Shown piece after piece: positions 42,041 to 53,045 of a stretch of DNA of 64,000 nucleotides (positions within the stretch are counted from its first letter, which is position 1; the number at the start of each line of letters is the position of its first letter). This DNA comes from Paraspadella gotoi (taxonomy: Eukaryota > Animalia > Chaetognatha). The position numbers were made by a program, and so were the translations under genes. The notes beneath the pieces are model-generated. The model saw only the letters and a program-made list of their open reading frames with translations. It did not search any database and was not told the origin of the DNA. Location of the stretch: assembly GCA_051294375.1 (NCBI GenBank), contig JBJCIZ010000744.1, positions 272,206-336,205 of the forward strand, written 5' to 3'.

Positions 42041-43454
42041 GAAACTCCCGGCAAAACAAGAGTCCCGGCGCCGGAGAGAAATTGGAATACCCGGCGAGGA
42101 AGAACCGAATAAAAGGCGCCGGACCAACCGATAGGTGCCGGTTCCTATTGTTCTTTGACGGGCGGCGTCACTCTCGGCGTAACACGGCGTCGTCCGGTAT
42201 GAAAATCGTCTGCCGAAAATCGGAAAAATTCAAATTTGGTTTTCGTCTTGAAGTTTTATCCTGTTTCAATTTAATTAAGATATTCAAAAGGTCTGAAGTC
42301 AATTTAGATATCGATAACATTTTAACAATTAGCTTTTAAAGAAAACAATAAAAAACGAGCTGATATTTTAAAACCTAAACAAAAAAAGTATAGAATGACA
42401 AATTGAAATACGTATTTTCTTTCAACCTGAAAATGTGAACATACTAAAAATAAAACGATTAAAAAAACTTAAAGGCGAAACCAATCTGTGACATTCGGAA
42501 GATCTTAAGACTTAAGGGAAATATGTTTGACAATTTATTTTTAAAATGGTAAAATGGTGATGACATTGATGCGGCGACCGTTTTTGAATAGATAATTTAA
42601 TTAATTCTGTTTAAATATTGTAAAGATTATAATTTTCAACTTTTAATAAACTTTAATCAATGAGTTTTAATTTGAAACTAACACTTATCGTTGAAATTAC
42701 AATGAAAAAAAAATGTTTTGGTTACTCTAACATTTATGATATTTTTAAAATAAGTAATGAACCATTAATAAAATGATTAATAAAAAATAAAGTTTTATTA
42801 AAATATTATTAAAAATAATCTCATCGCAGAGGAATAAATTTAATAGTTTTTACAATTCCCTCTTTAATTTTATTTTTTATTTAAATTTTGTTGCTAAAAT
42901 TCGGCCGATCGACCGAAGATCCTCTGTAACCGATGCGTCGACGCATCTCAAGACCCGTTATTCCCTCCGCACCGACGCAGGACGAGACTTTCGTTTTTTT
43001 TATTCCCGCTAGAGGCGCTCTTGATTTGCGTTTCTGTCCCCGGGGCCGGCGGGGCCGCCTTCGCTCCCACGTATACATTACTCTTGCCCCCTGGGGTTTT
43101 ACGAGACCGGATTTTTTAAAAATCTTTTCACTTCGGACTGAGGATTTGTGAATGGCGGCGCCACGCTGTGAAATTGTCGCGGAAGCTTTCGTCCTGTGAA
43201 ACGCATGTGTCGACGCAACGGTACGCGGCGACTCGGCGTGACAGAACACATCACGATGCAGTCAAGCTTTATCTATGTCACAGAACTGCATCATACCAAC
43301 GCATCCCGTCGCGCCCCCACTTGGCCACGCTCCCACGCAAATTCTCACCAAATGATCAAAGTGAAAAACGCGTGAGCTCATTTTTTGGGACCCGCCTCAG
43401 TTCTCTTCCGATCCGTCTTCTCACAGTTCAGGTTCCGAAATTTCATTGTGAACT

Positions 43455-43875
43455 GGGCCTTATTTTACCAAATCGCCCCATTTCATTTTTAATTCAAAAT
43501 TTAGCTTTTAGGTTAAAAGATTTGGTTAAAGGATTCGTTTAGGGATTAAGTGGATTAGGGATTAGATTAAGGTTAGGGATTAGGTTAGTGTTTAGATTAA
43601 GAGATTAGATTAAGATTAGGGATTAGGTTAGTGATTGGATTAAGGGATTAGATTAAGGTTAGGGATTAGGTTAGTGCTTAGATTAAGGGAGTAACATTCA
43701 GGTTTAGGGGTTAAGGTTAAAGATTTTGGATTAGTGTTTAGTCTTATGGTTAAGTAATAGATTAGGGTTAGGGATAATGGTTAGGGATTAGAATTAAAGT
43801 TTAGTAATGAATAATTATTAAATAATAATATAAAATTAAAATTAAGTTCAGGGGGCCTTTCGGGAAAGAAAGCCG
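43455..43875 (-). mobile_element. Short-TIR element with a telomere-like core, copy D
   Basis: The minus strand starts CGGCTTTCTTTCCCGAAAGGCCCCC and ends GGTAAAATAAGGCCC. The plus-strand core is TTAGGG/TTAGG/TTAAGG variants with an internal higher-order repeat. Confidence 0.6.
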
Positions 43876-46800
43876 TGGACCGTTTAGTTACTAGTCAGTG
43901 TGGTAAACAGTGTAGTTAGGTTAGGATGCTTTTGAGAGTTCCAGTTTTACAGTTCTGACTGTTCTGACTGTTCTCACAGTTCCCTTCGTCGCTTCCTCCT
44001 CATTCGACCGACAGGCGAAGAAAAAAATGGTTTTNNNNNNNNNNGGTGAGATGGGAGAATGGAAGAATGAAGAGACGGAAATTATGAGGATGTGTATTAA
44101 ACTATTATTCATTGAAAAGGAAGAATAGAAAGTATAAAAAATTTTAAAAAAGTCGATAAAAAAGTGAAATGAGATTAAGAGTAATAAAACGAGAAGGAAG
44201 TATATTTATTATTTATTTATTTATTATTCAATAAGGATTTTTAGGAAAGAAAACCTAAACCTAAACGAACGATGGAATAAAAATTAATAATGAATCGGAA
44301 AAGAGAAAAGAAGACGAAAAAGAAAAGAAAAGAAAAGAAAAAAAGGAAAGGAAAGGAAAGGAAAGGANNNNNNNNNNNNNNNNNNNNNNNNNNNNNNNNN
44401 NNNNNNNNNNNNNNNNNNNNNNNNNNNNNNNNNNNNNNNNNNNNNNNNNNNNNNNNNNNNNNNNNNNNNNNNNNNNNNNNNNNNNNNNNNNNNNNNNNNN
44501 NNNNNNNNNNNNNNNNNNNNNNNNNNNNNNNNNNNNNNNNNNNNNNNNNNNNNNNNNAAAAGAAAAGAAAAGAAAAGAAAAGGAAAGGAAAAGAAAAAGA
44601 GAAGAAGAATGACGGGAGAGGCTATGCGACGGGCGGAATTGTTGACTGTCGCCATGGGAACGAAGCGAGAACAAACGACGGCGCTGCGAACTAGAAACTC
44701 TTCCGCGGAAACAAAAAACAAAAGATCACGACGAAAATTGTGGCTGAAAAAATTGCTCCGTTTCTTTCTTTGAGATTAAATAGGGAAAAATTGTAACAAA
44801 AAAAATAAGAGAGAGAGAGAGANNNNNNNNNNNNNNNNNNNNNNNNNNNNNNNNNNNNNNNNNNNNNNNNNNNNNNNNNNNNNNNNNNNNNNNNNNNNNN
44901 NNNNNNNNNNNNNNNNNNNNNNNNNNNNNNNNNNNNNNNNNNNNNNNNNNNNNNNNNNNNNNNNNNNNNNNNNNNNGAGAGACAAAGAAATAACAAAATA
45001 TTGCCAGAATTTCGATTTTGTTTTATTAGTTAAGAAACGTTTTTAATATTAACAAACACACTGACTACTTTGCTATTAAGTTATAAATGTTAAAACTTGA
45101 AACAGAAATAAAAGCGAAGTAAAAATTCTTCTTTCGTCTCGATTTCTCAGAAATGACGTTAGCCTCTTGTTTTGATCGACGTTCACGCGAATTGTAACGG
45201 CAGTAATCGTAAACCTCTCTCTCTCTCTCTCTCTCTCTCTCNNNNNNNNNNNNNNNNNNNNNNNNNNNNNNNNNNNNNNNNNNNNNNNNNNNNNNNNNNN
45301 NNNNNNNNNNNNNNNNNNNNNNNNNNNNNNNNNNNNNNNNNNNNNNNNNNNNNNNNNNNNNNNNNNNNNNNNNNNNNNNNNNNNNNNNNNNNNNNNNNNN
45401 NNNNNNNNNNNNNNNNNNNNNNNNNNNNNNNNNNNNNNNNNNNNNNNNNNNNNNNNNNNNNNNNNNNNNNNNNNNNNNNNNNNNNNNTCTCTCATTTGTC
45501 TTAACCCTTTTCTTCGTGCCGGAAAGGATTGGAAAACAGGGCCGCTGGACATGTGGCCGCGTGGTCAAACGTCGGTGGTGGGCGTGGACTGACGAGGTCT
45601 CTGGTCAATGCGCTCAATCTGGCCAATGAGGTAACGCGGCGGCAGCGGCTGCGGCGACTGCATATCGCGGTCAGGCTCGCGGTCGATAAGAGGCAGGAAC
45701 CAGGAAAGGGGTGTGGAAGATACGAAAGAGGGATGTAGAAGGGGTTGATCCGGTGTAGGGTTTGAGTGGTGGGGGTTAGAAGGGTCAGAGGGGGGTGACC
45801 GTTAGCGCCGCGGGCGGACGGAAAATCGAGCGCGAGCGAAGGGACTTCCATCCCTAATTTTGTTCTTTGTTTCCTGTTTACTTTTTTGTTTTGTTTTTTT
45901 TCCCTATCTTCATTTCGTTTTTTGTTTTCGTTTATAATTATCATGCTGTTTGCATCATTCAAAAGCACAAAAAAACAAACTATATATATATAGAAATACC
46001 TGAGCTCGTATATTTGTTTGAATACAAGATTTCACCTTAATTGTAAGTTGACAAAATTTTTTTCCGGCAGTCANNNNNNNNNNNNNNNNNNNNNNNNNNN
46101 NNNNNNNNNNNNNNNNNNNNNNNNNNNNNNNNNNNNNNNNNNNNNNNNNNNNNNNNNNNNNNNNNNNNNNNNNNNNNNNNNNNNNNNNNNNNNNNNNNNN
46201 NNNNNNNNNNNNNNNNNNNNNNNNNNNNNNNNNNNNNNNNNNNNNNNNNNNNNNNNNNNNNNNNNNNNNNNNNNNNNNNNNNNNNNNNNNNNNNNNNNNN
46301 NNNNNNNNNNNNNNNNNNNNNNNNNNNNNNNNNNNNNNNNNNNNNNNNNNNNNNNNNNNNNNNNNNNNNNNNNNNNNNNNNNNNNNNNNNNNNNNNNNNN
46401 NNNNNNNNNNNNNNNNNNNNNNNNNNNNNNNNNNNNNNNNNNNNNNNNNNNNNNNNNNNNNNNNNNNNNNNNNNNNNNNNNNNNNNNNNNNNNNNNNNNN
46501 NNNNNNNNNNNNNNNNNNNNNNNNNNNNNNNNNNNNNNNNNNNNNNNNNNNNNNNNNNNNNNNNNNNNNNNNNNNNNNNNNNNNNNNNNNNNNNNNNNNN
46601 NNNNNNNNNNNNNNNNNNNNNNNNNNNNNNNNNNNNNNNNNNNNNNNNNNNNNNNNNNNNNNNNNNNNNNNNNNNNNNNNNNNNNNNNNNNNNNNNNNNN
46701 NNNNNNNNNNNNNNNNNNNNNNNNNNNNNNNNNNNNNNNNNNNNNNNNNNNNNNNNNNNNNNNNNNNNNNNNNNNNNNNNNNNNNNNNNNNNNNNNNNNN

Positions 46801-47358
46801 NNNNNNNNNNNNNNNNNNNNNNNNNNNNNNNNNNNNNNNNNNNNNNNNNNNNNNNNNNNNNNNNNNNNNNNNCTCTCTCATTGTTAGAGATAAATTCTTA
46901 GAATATTACTAAATGAGATTGAATTCATGAATCTCATTTGCATGTAGTATTAAAATATTGCTTTATGTTCTGTTTTAATATTAGGTCTATTAAATATAAA
47001 TATATTTTCTATTCATACTACATTTTTAAACATATAAAATTTTATTTTTAACAGCCATGAAATAACTCAGTCAGAGAATGTCATTCGACAACGAAAAGGA
47101 CTTCGTTTCCTTCCCGCTTTTCGGTCATCGTTTAAAATCAATAAAGTTGGAGGAAAAAAAGGCGAGGTGGTCTCGCCCTGGTAGAAATGGCGTGTGGATG
47201 AAAGANNNNNNNNNNNNNNNNNNNNNNNNNNNNNNNNNNNNNNNNNNNNNNNNNNNNNNNNNNNNNNNNNNNNNNNNNNNNNNNNNNNNNNNNNNNNNNN
47301 NNNNNNNNNNNNNNNNNNNNNNNNNNNNNNNNNNNNNNNNNNNNNNNNNNNNNNNNNN

Positions 47359-47395
<37 letters not shown>

Positions 47396-47868
47396 TGTAA
47401 AAATAAAAACGGAAGAGGAAGCCTCTGGCAGAGAGATAGAGACAGAGACGAAACGCAATGACGCCGCACGACATTCGTCACGAGCCGCGACGCCCCTTTT
47501 CGGGAACCGGCGCCGTCGATTCCAAGGTTCCCGGCGGATTTGCGACTCGGGATGTCGCTTTGAGGTCCAAGAAACAAATGAACATTGAAATTGAAAAGTA
47601 AATCGAAAAATAGAAATAGAAAATATAAATATAAATACAATAGGTACAATCCAAATACAAAAGGGAAATACTAAACTAAATTTAATTTATATTTGTAGCG
47701 TGCGCTGTCCATTTTAGACTATTTTTATTCAATTATGACCCAGTGTGTCACAGAGTAAAGTCATCAGATCAAACACACTTGGTTTCCGGTTCCATAACAA
47801 CTCGTTATTAATCCTCCCCGCGTTGTGATCTCCAAAGCCTCGTTCCAAGTCTTAGCTGCTAGACTAAA

Positions 47869-47928
47869 GTGAGTTGAACAAATCCTAGAGTGAGTTGAAC
47901 AAATCCTAGAGTGAGTTGAACAAATCCT
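47869..47928 (+). repeat. 21-bp tandem repeat x3 (GTGAGTTGAACAAATCCTAGA)
   Basis: Units start at 47869, 47890 and 47911. Confidence 0.9.
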
Positions 47929-49759
47929 GTTCGTTGTTCAGCAAACTTCGTTCTTGATCTGAAAAAAAAATAATGATGATAAGACTAATANNNNNNNNNN
48001 NNNNNNNNNNNNNNNNNNNNNNNNNNNNNNNNNNNNNNNNNNNNNNNNNNNNNNNNNNNNNNNNNNNNNNNNNNNNNNNNNNNNNNNNNNNNNNNNNNNN
48101 NNNNNNNNNNNNNNNNNNNNNNNNNNNNNNNNNNNNNNNNNNNNNNNNNNNNNNNNNNNNNNNNNNNNNNNNNNNNNNNNNNNNNNNNNNNNNNNNNNNN
48201 NNNNNNNNNNNNNNNNNNNNNNNNNNNNNNNNNNNNNNNNNNNNNNNNNNNNNNNNNNNGCCGACATAATATACTCACAACACGATTTCATATGTCAATT
48301 TTTCAATAAGTATTTTATAATATTATAAAATTGAGCATAGCTGAACACGAAAGTAACTTGAAATTTTCATACTAACAAAATTATTCCAGTCATTCAAAAA
48401 CAGCCATCTTTGAGCAAGCAAGCAACATCCTCGTTTTAAGTATAATTTCAACCTTTCCGATTTGACAAAATCTTTCTTTTTTCTTTCTTTTTTTGGTCAA
48501 AATACTAGTAGAAAAAAAGAAAACCCCCGACATTTTTTAGGTGTTTAAAACCACTATAACTCACAGAGTTAACCTGAATTTTATTTTCCTCGGCGGAAAA
48601 AAAAGGGAAGTAACATTCCAGAGCGGAAGGAAAGAAAAGAGCTTTTTCGCAAACTGCAGTCGTAAAAAAATTAGAATGTTGATTCCCAACGGGATCAAAC
48701 GTTTTGACTATATTTTTTTACCTTCTTCTCGATCGTGTTACAACTCTGTTTCACTTGATTATGCGTGTTATGTATACTCTTGATTCTGATCTTCTTGGCG
48801 CGTTTTTTCCTGAAACGATTGAAAATTTACCGCCTCTTTCCTGCCCTTTTAAATTTTTTATAATTGTGGATAAACTTTTTGGCCTTGAAATATTGTTATA
48901 GATTATATTTATAATACAAATTATACCGATGTACTTGACGTGACCTCTCGCAAACTGCACCATTGGATCATGATACCTTTCCCAGAAAAAGATTTTGCGA
49001 TCAAAATCCAAATTCCGACGCCGATCGAGGGTTCCGCCCCACCTTTGCCCCGACTCGCACCCTTCCCTCCCTCGATCGACATACCTCGTTCATCGAAACG
49101 AATAAAGCTGACGCCGAGCCGATCGGTCCGCCGACGACGAGGTCCCGGGCCTGACCGACCGGTCCCGACCGAGAGTCCGCCCGAGTCCGACGGTCCCGGA
49201 CCGACCGATCGAGGTCGAGACCTCGACCGAGGGTCGTACGGTCGGCGACCGTTACGGATCCGACCGACCGAAGGATTGGCCAACTGATACCATCGCGACA
49301 ATAAAAATAAGCTGGTCGTCGTGGTCGGTCGGTCTGACGGTCGCGATAAACCTCATTTGGAGTATATTTCTTCAGGTCGGAGACGAAACACTTTTTTTTT
49401 TGCTTGTCAAATTATTTCTCAAACTTGGTCCATAACACGTGGTTTTTAATTTTAAAATGACACCTGGTTATTTTTTTTGTCTTCTGTCAGAAAAATTCAC
49501 CTTTTTGTCTTTTTTCTTTAAATTATTTTTCCTTCTTTCTTTCACTCTCCTTCAACCCAAATATGGTAATTTCTAACGTCATTCGTTTTCTCTTTTTCTC
49601 AAAATATTTGACTCTTCTTTTTCTCTTCAAACCAGTCGCTCCTTACTTTTCCTAATCTTTTCTTTTTCTTTTCTTCCTTTTTCTTTCTTTTCTTCTTTCC
49701 ATCTTTCACTTTTTTCTCTTCCCTTTATTTCCTTTATTTCATCCTTTCCTTCCCCGCTT

Positions 49760-50175
49760 CTCTTCCTGTATCCCCGTCTTTGTCCCCTGTTCCCGCCTCC
49801 CTCTGTCCCTGTTACCCGCGCCTCTCTCGGCCCCTGTTCCCGCACCCCTCTCTCCCTGTCCCGCCCTCCCTCTGTCCCCTGTTACCCGCCCTCTCTCTCC
49901 CCTGTTCCCGCTGCTCTTCCCCTGTTCCCGCCCTCCCTCTGTCGCCCTGTTTGCCCCGCCCTTCCTCTCTCCCCTGTTCCCCGCCCTCCCTCGTCCCCTG
50001 TTCCCCCCTCCTCTTGTCCCCTGTTACCCCGCCCTCTCTCGTCCCTGTTCCCGCACTGCCTCTCTCCCCTGTTCCGCGCCTCCCTTTCCCTGTTCCCCGC
50101 CCTCCTCTCTGCCCTGTTCCCCGCCCGTTACCTCTGTCCCCTGTTCCCCGCCCTCCCTCTGGTCCCCTGTTCCCA
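49760..50175 (+). repeat. C-rich minisatellite of about 23-24 bp (CTGTCCCCTGTTCCCCGCCCTCCCT-like), G-rich on the minus strand
   Basis: Recurring cccctgttccc(c)gccctc units. Confidence 0.85.
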
Positions 50176-50228
50176 ACCAACGTGGTTTCGTTGAATGTTG
50201 ACGTCGTTGAGTTTTGATGTCAATGGAT

Positions 50229-50316
<88 letters not shown>

Positions 50317-50568
50317 TATCGCGTTTTGTCATTCTTTCTTTCCTGTCTTTCTTTCACTCTTTCTTTCTAACACTATTAAACTTTGGTTTGCTGACTCTGT
50401 TTTTAACGATTACGACTCACGCGGCCTCTCGCGGTAACAATAGTAGTTTTGAGTATTTGTCGTTTCGTGATAAAACCTTTCCCGTTACGATCATCTTTCG
50501 CTGAAGTAGGATCGAACCCTCGACCTTTTTATCAGTGGTCTGTCGGTCATTTACAACCGTTGGCCATA
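50229..50568 (-). mobile_element. tRNA-derived SINE-like element with an (AAAG)n tail
   Basis: The minus strand has an A-box-like TGGCCAACGGTT, then a B-box GGTTCGATCC at tRNA-like spacing, a unique body, and an (AAAG)n tract at the 3' end. Confidence 0.55.
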
Positions 50569-50619
50569 ACTTATAAGAGAAATTTTAAAATTCGCCATCA
50601 GACTATTCGCCGACCGTAT

Positions 50620-50840
50620 AAGTTTAAGATTAAGTTTAAGATTAAGTTTAAGTTTTAGTTTAAGATTAATTTTATGTTAATCTTAAGTTTTAGTTTAAGA
50701 TTAAGTTTAAGTTAAGATTAAGTTTTAGTTTAAGATCAAGTTTATGTTAATATTAAGTTTTAGTTTAAGATTAAGTTTAAGTTAAGATTAAGTTTTAGTT
50801 TAAGATCAAGTTTATGTTAATCTTTAGTTTTAGTTTAAGT
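50620..50840 (+). repeat. 6-bp-period satellite (TTAAGT/TTAAGA/TTTAGT)n
   Basis: Read directly from the sequence. It has a higher-order repeat of about 64 bp. Confidence 0.85.
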
Positions 50841-51015
50841 AATTAGATTTGATTTAAAAAAAGAGAAAAAAGAAAGATGAAAAAAACAAACTCTAAAGGC
50901 CATAATAGTCAACCCGGCGATTAAAACAATTTCAAAACAAATCAAAAACCCAAAATAATTAATCCTAATTCATAATATAATTTTACCCCCCATTTCCTTC
51001 TACCCCCCCCCAAAG

Positions 51016-51171
51016 GCTACGCGGATCGCGTCTCCCTAGGAGCGGATGGAATCTCTCTTCAGCTTCGGAATCTGACGTCCTCTGACTTCGGGACTTACGT
51101 GTGCGAAGTACTCGTTGCCGAAGGGACGGAGTTTGACAACCAAGCTGTCGACGTCGACTTGGAAGAAGCCG
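51016..51171 (+). CDS. Internal exon (156 bp, phase 1-1) encoding the C-terminal half of an Ig V/I-type domain
   Basis: Pyrimidine tract plus AAG acceptor at 51013-51015 and G|GTGAG donor at 51172. It translates to YADRVSLGADGISLQLRNLTSSDFGTYVCEVLVAEGTEFDNQAVDVDLEEA, with the R-x-x-L...L-x-L-x-N-L-x-x-x-D-x-G-x-Y-x-C Ig signature. Confidence 0.85.
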
Positions 51172-51447
51172 GTGAGGATGGATTGGGGATTGGAAGGGGA
51201 TGGATTGGGGATTGGGTGGGGAAGGGATGGGGATCGGGGTCTGGTAGGTGGGTTGCAGGGGTGAAAGGGTCGAGGAAAAGGTTGCGACGGATAATGTGAA
51301 TATTTTAAGATTTGTGAATGGCGAAGAGGTTGAGAGTGAATTAAGGAGATGCGATGTCGAAGAGAAATGATGTGATAAGATAATAAAAAATCTTAAAAGA
51401 ATAGGATCTCGCCTACCTTCAANNNNNNNNNNNNNNNNNNNNNNNNN

Positions 51448-51660
51448 ATGATAACCAAATATTGATGCGATGATAACCAATAATTGATGCGATGATAACC
51501 AAATGATCGATGTGATGATAACCAGATGATTTATGTGATAATAACCAAATGATTGATGCGATGATAGTCATTCATTGATGTGATGATAATCATTCATTGA
51601 TACGATGATAGTCATTCATTTGATGCGATTATAGTCATTCGTTGACGCAATGAATCATTC
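51448..51660 (+). repeat. 23-bp minisatellite (ATGATAACCAAATGATTGATGCG)n; second copy at about 57490-57790
   Basis: The period is 23 (gatgataacc at 51491 and 51514), and the units drift toward ATGATAGTCATTCATTG. Confidence 0.9.
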
Positions 51661-52139
51661 ATCATAATAAAACAAACAAATGCGTGTATGAGTGAAATAG
51701 AGAGAGAAAGAGAGAGAGAGAAAGAAAGAAAGAGAAATAAATCCACGAAAATCTCGGATGGTAATTTTGGGAATTTGCATTGAGAAAAAAAGCAAGAATA
51801 AATGGCGATAATAAAAGTTTTTAAAAGGAAAAAAATAATAAAAATTTTTCAAAAAACGATCACGCAAGAGATCGTACAAAGAGAGAGAGAGAGACAGAGA
51901 CAGAGAGAGAGAGACAGAGAGAGACAGAAGAGAAGAAAGAGACAGACAAAAGACAGAGAGAGAAAGAGAGAAAGCTGAACAGCCGCTGGAAGACAGTTGT
52001 ACAATCACTGCAAAGCCTGAACTCGTTTTTAAAGGGTTCAGAGAGGGCAGAACTGACAAAAATAGGAAGAAGATACATATATAATTAAAGAAATAAAAGA
52101 AAGGAAAAAAATGTTACAAATTGTTTACAATTGTTTAAC

Positions 52140-52500
52140 ATCAGAAGCTTGTAAAAGATTTATTTTTATTTGTATTAAAAATTAAGATATAGGCTTCTCA
52201 TTAAAAAGGTCTTGGATTTCCATTTTTATTATAGATTTAAAATTTTTTTTGAATTTCATCTTAATATTATATACTGCAATATGTAAAATTAGATTAAAGC
52301 ATTTCTATATACTACTTTGGATATTATAATGAGTACTATAATCTCATTGCAGATTGCAGTAAATCATAATGAAGTGGAAATTCAAACAAAAAATACTTAA
52401 ATCCAAATGTAATAAGAAAATATCAAAGCTATATTCAAGAATGAGAAGCCATATCTAAATTTTTAACTTACTATGATCGCACACTTTTTGTAAAACTTTA
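52140..52500. mobile_element. About 350-bp AT-rich hairpin (foldback MITE-like), present only in duplicate copy 1
   Basis: ttaaaaattaagatataggcttctcatt (about 52175-52202) pairs with aatgagaagccatatctaaatttttaa (about 52440-52466). tttgaatttcat...tactgcaat pairs with attgcagta...gaaattcaaa. Confidence 0.6.
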
Positions 52501-52607
52501 TCATAATTCATAATAATTTTTATTTAAAAAAAAACGGTAAGTCCCACCAACCAAATAAAGCGTATTAGTTTTAATATAAAAAAATGGTAGGTTTGCGGTG
52601 AATTCTT

Positions 52608-52649
<42 letters not shown>

Positions 52650-53045
52650 CCACAACTCTTGTTTTGCGCTGATGAGGCTAGTATTTAAGCCGAAGCATGT
52701 CTCGTTTGCCGTATAAAAAAATTTAAACGTTTTGTTATATATTAAAAAAAAAATTCTGTTCTTATCTTCACTCAAAAGAAAGAAAAAAAATGTCTAGATG
52801 CTATAAAAATAAACTCGCCGAGCTAATTGTATCGCAAGGATATAAAGAAAAACGAAAGTTGAAAAAAGAATTAGATTCGAGGAAAACAGAGGAAATTTGA
52901 TTTGAGATTACAGAAATCATAAGTTAGTACGGACACCAAAGTTCACGGAATAAACAAAAACAATAAAAAATAAAATATGAAAAAAAACGCCAATTCTAAA
53001 ATCTGTTGTAGCTAGAATTGTGATAATTTTCGGGAGACATCTTAT

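Larger units (their letters stand above)
36300..42200. repeat. Foldback 4: arms about 36300-38550 (noisier) and 40220-42200, with a 1.7-kb spacer
   Basis: 37540-37780 mirrors 40865-41090, 36640-36960 mirrors 41600-41900, and 38515-38548 mirrors 40220-40260. Confidence 0.9.

Noticed and set aside
44261-48291. ORFs containing long X runs
   Set aside because: They are open only because of N gaps.
49780-50217. Pro-rich or Gly/Arg-rich collagen-like ORFs
   Set aside because: They come from a minisatellite with irregular unit length and have no consistent Gly-X-Y frame.
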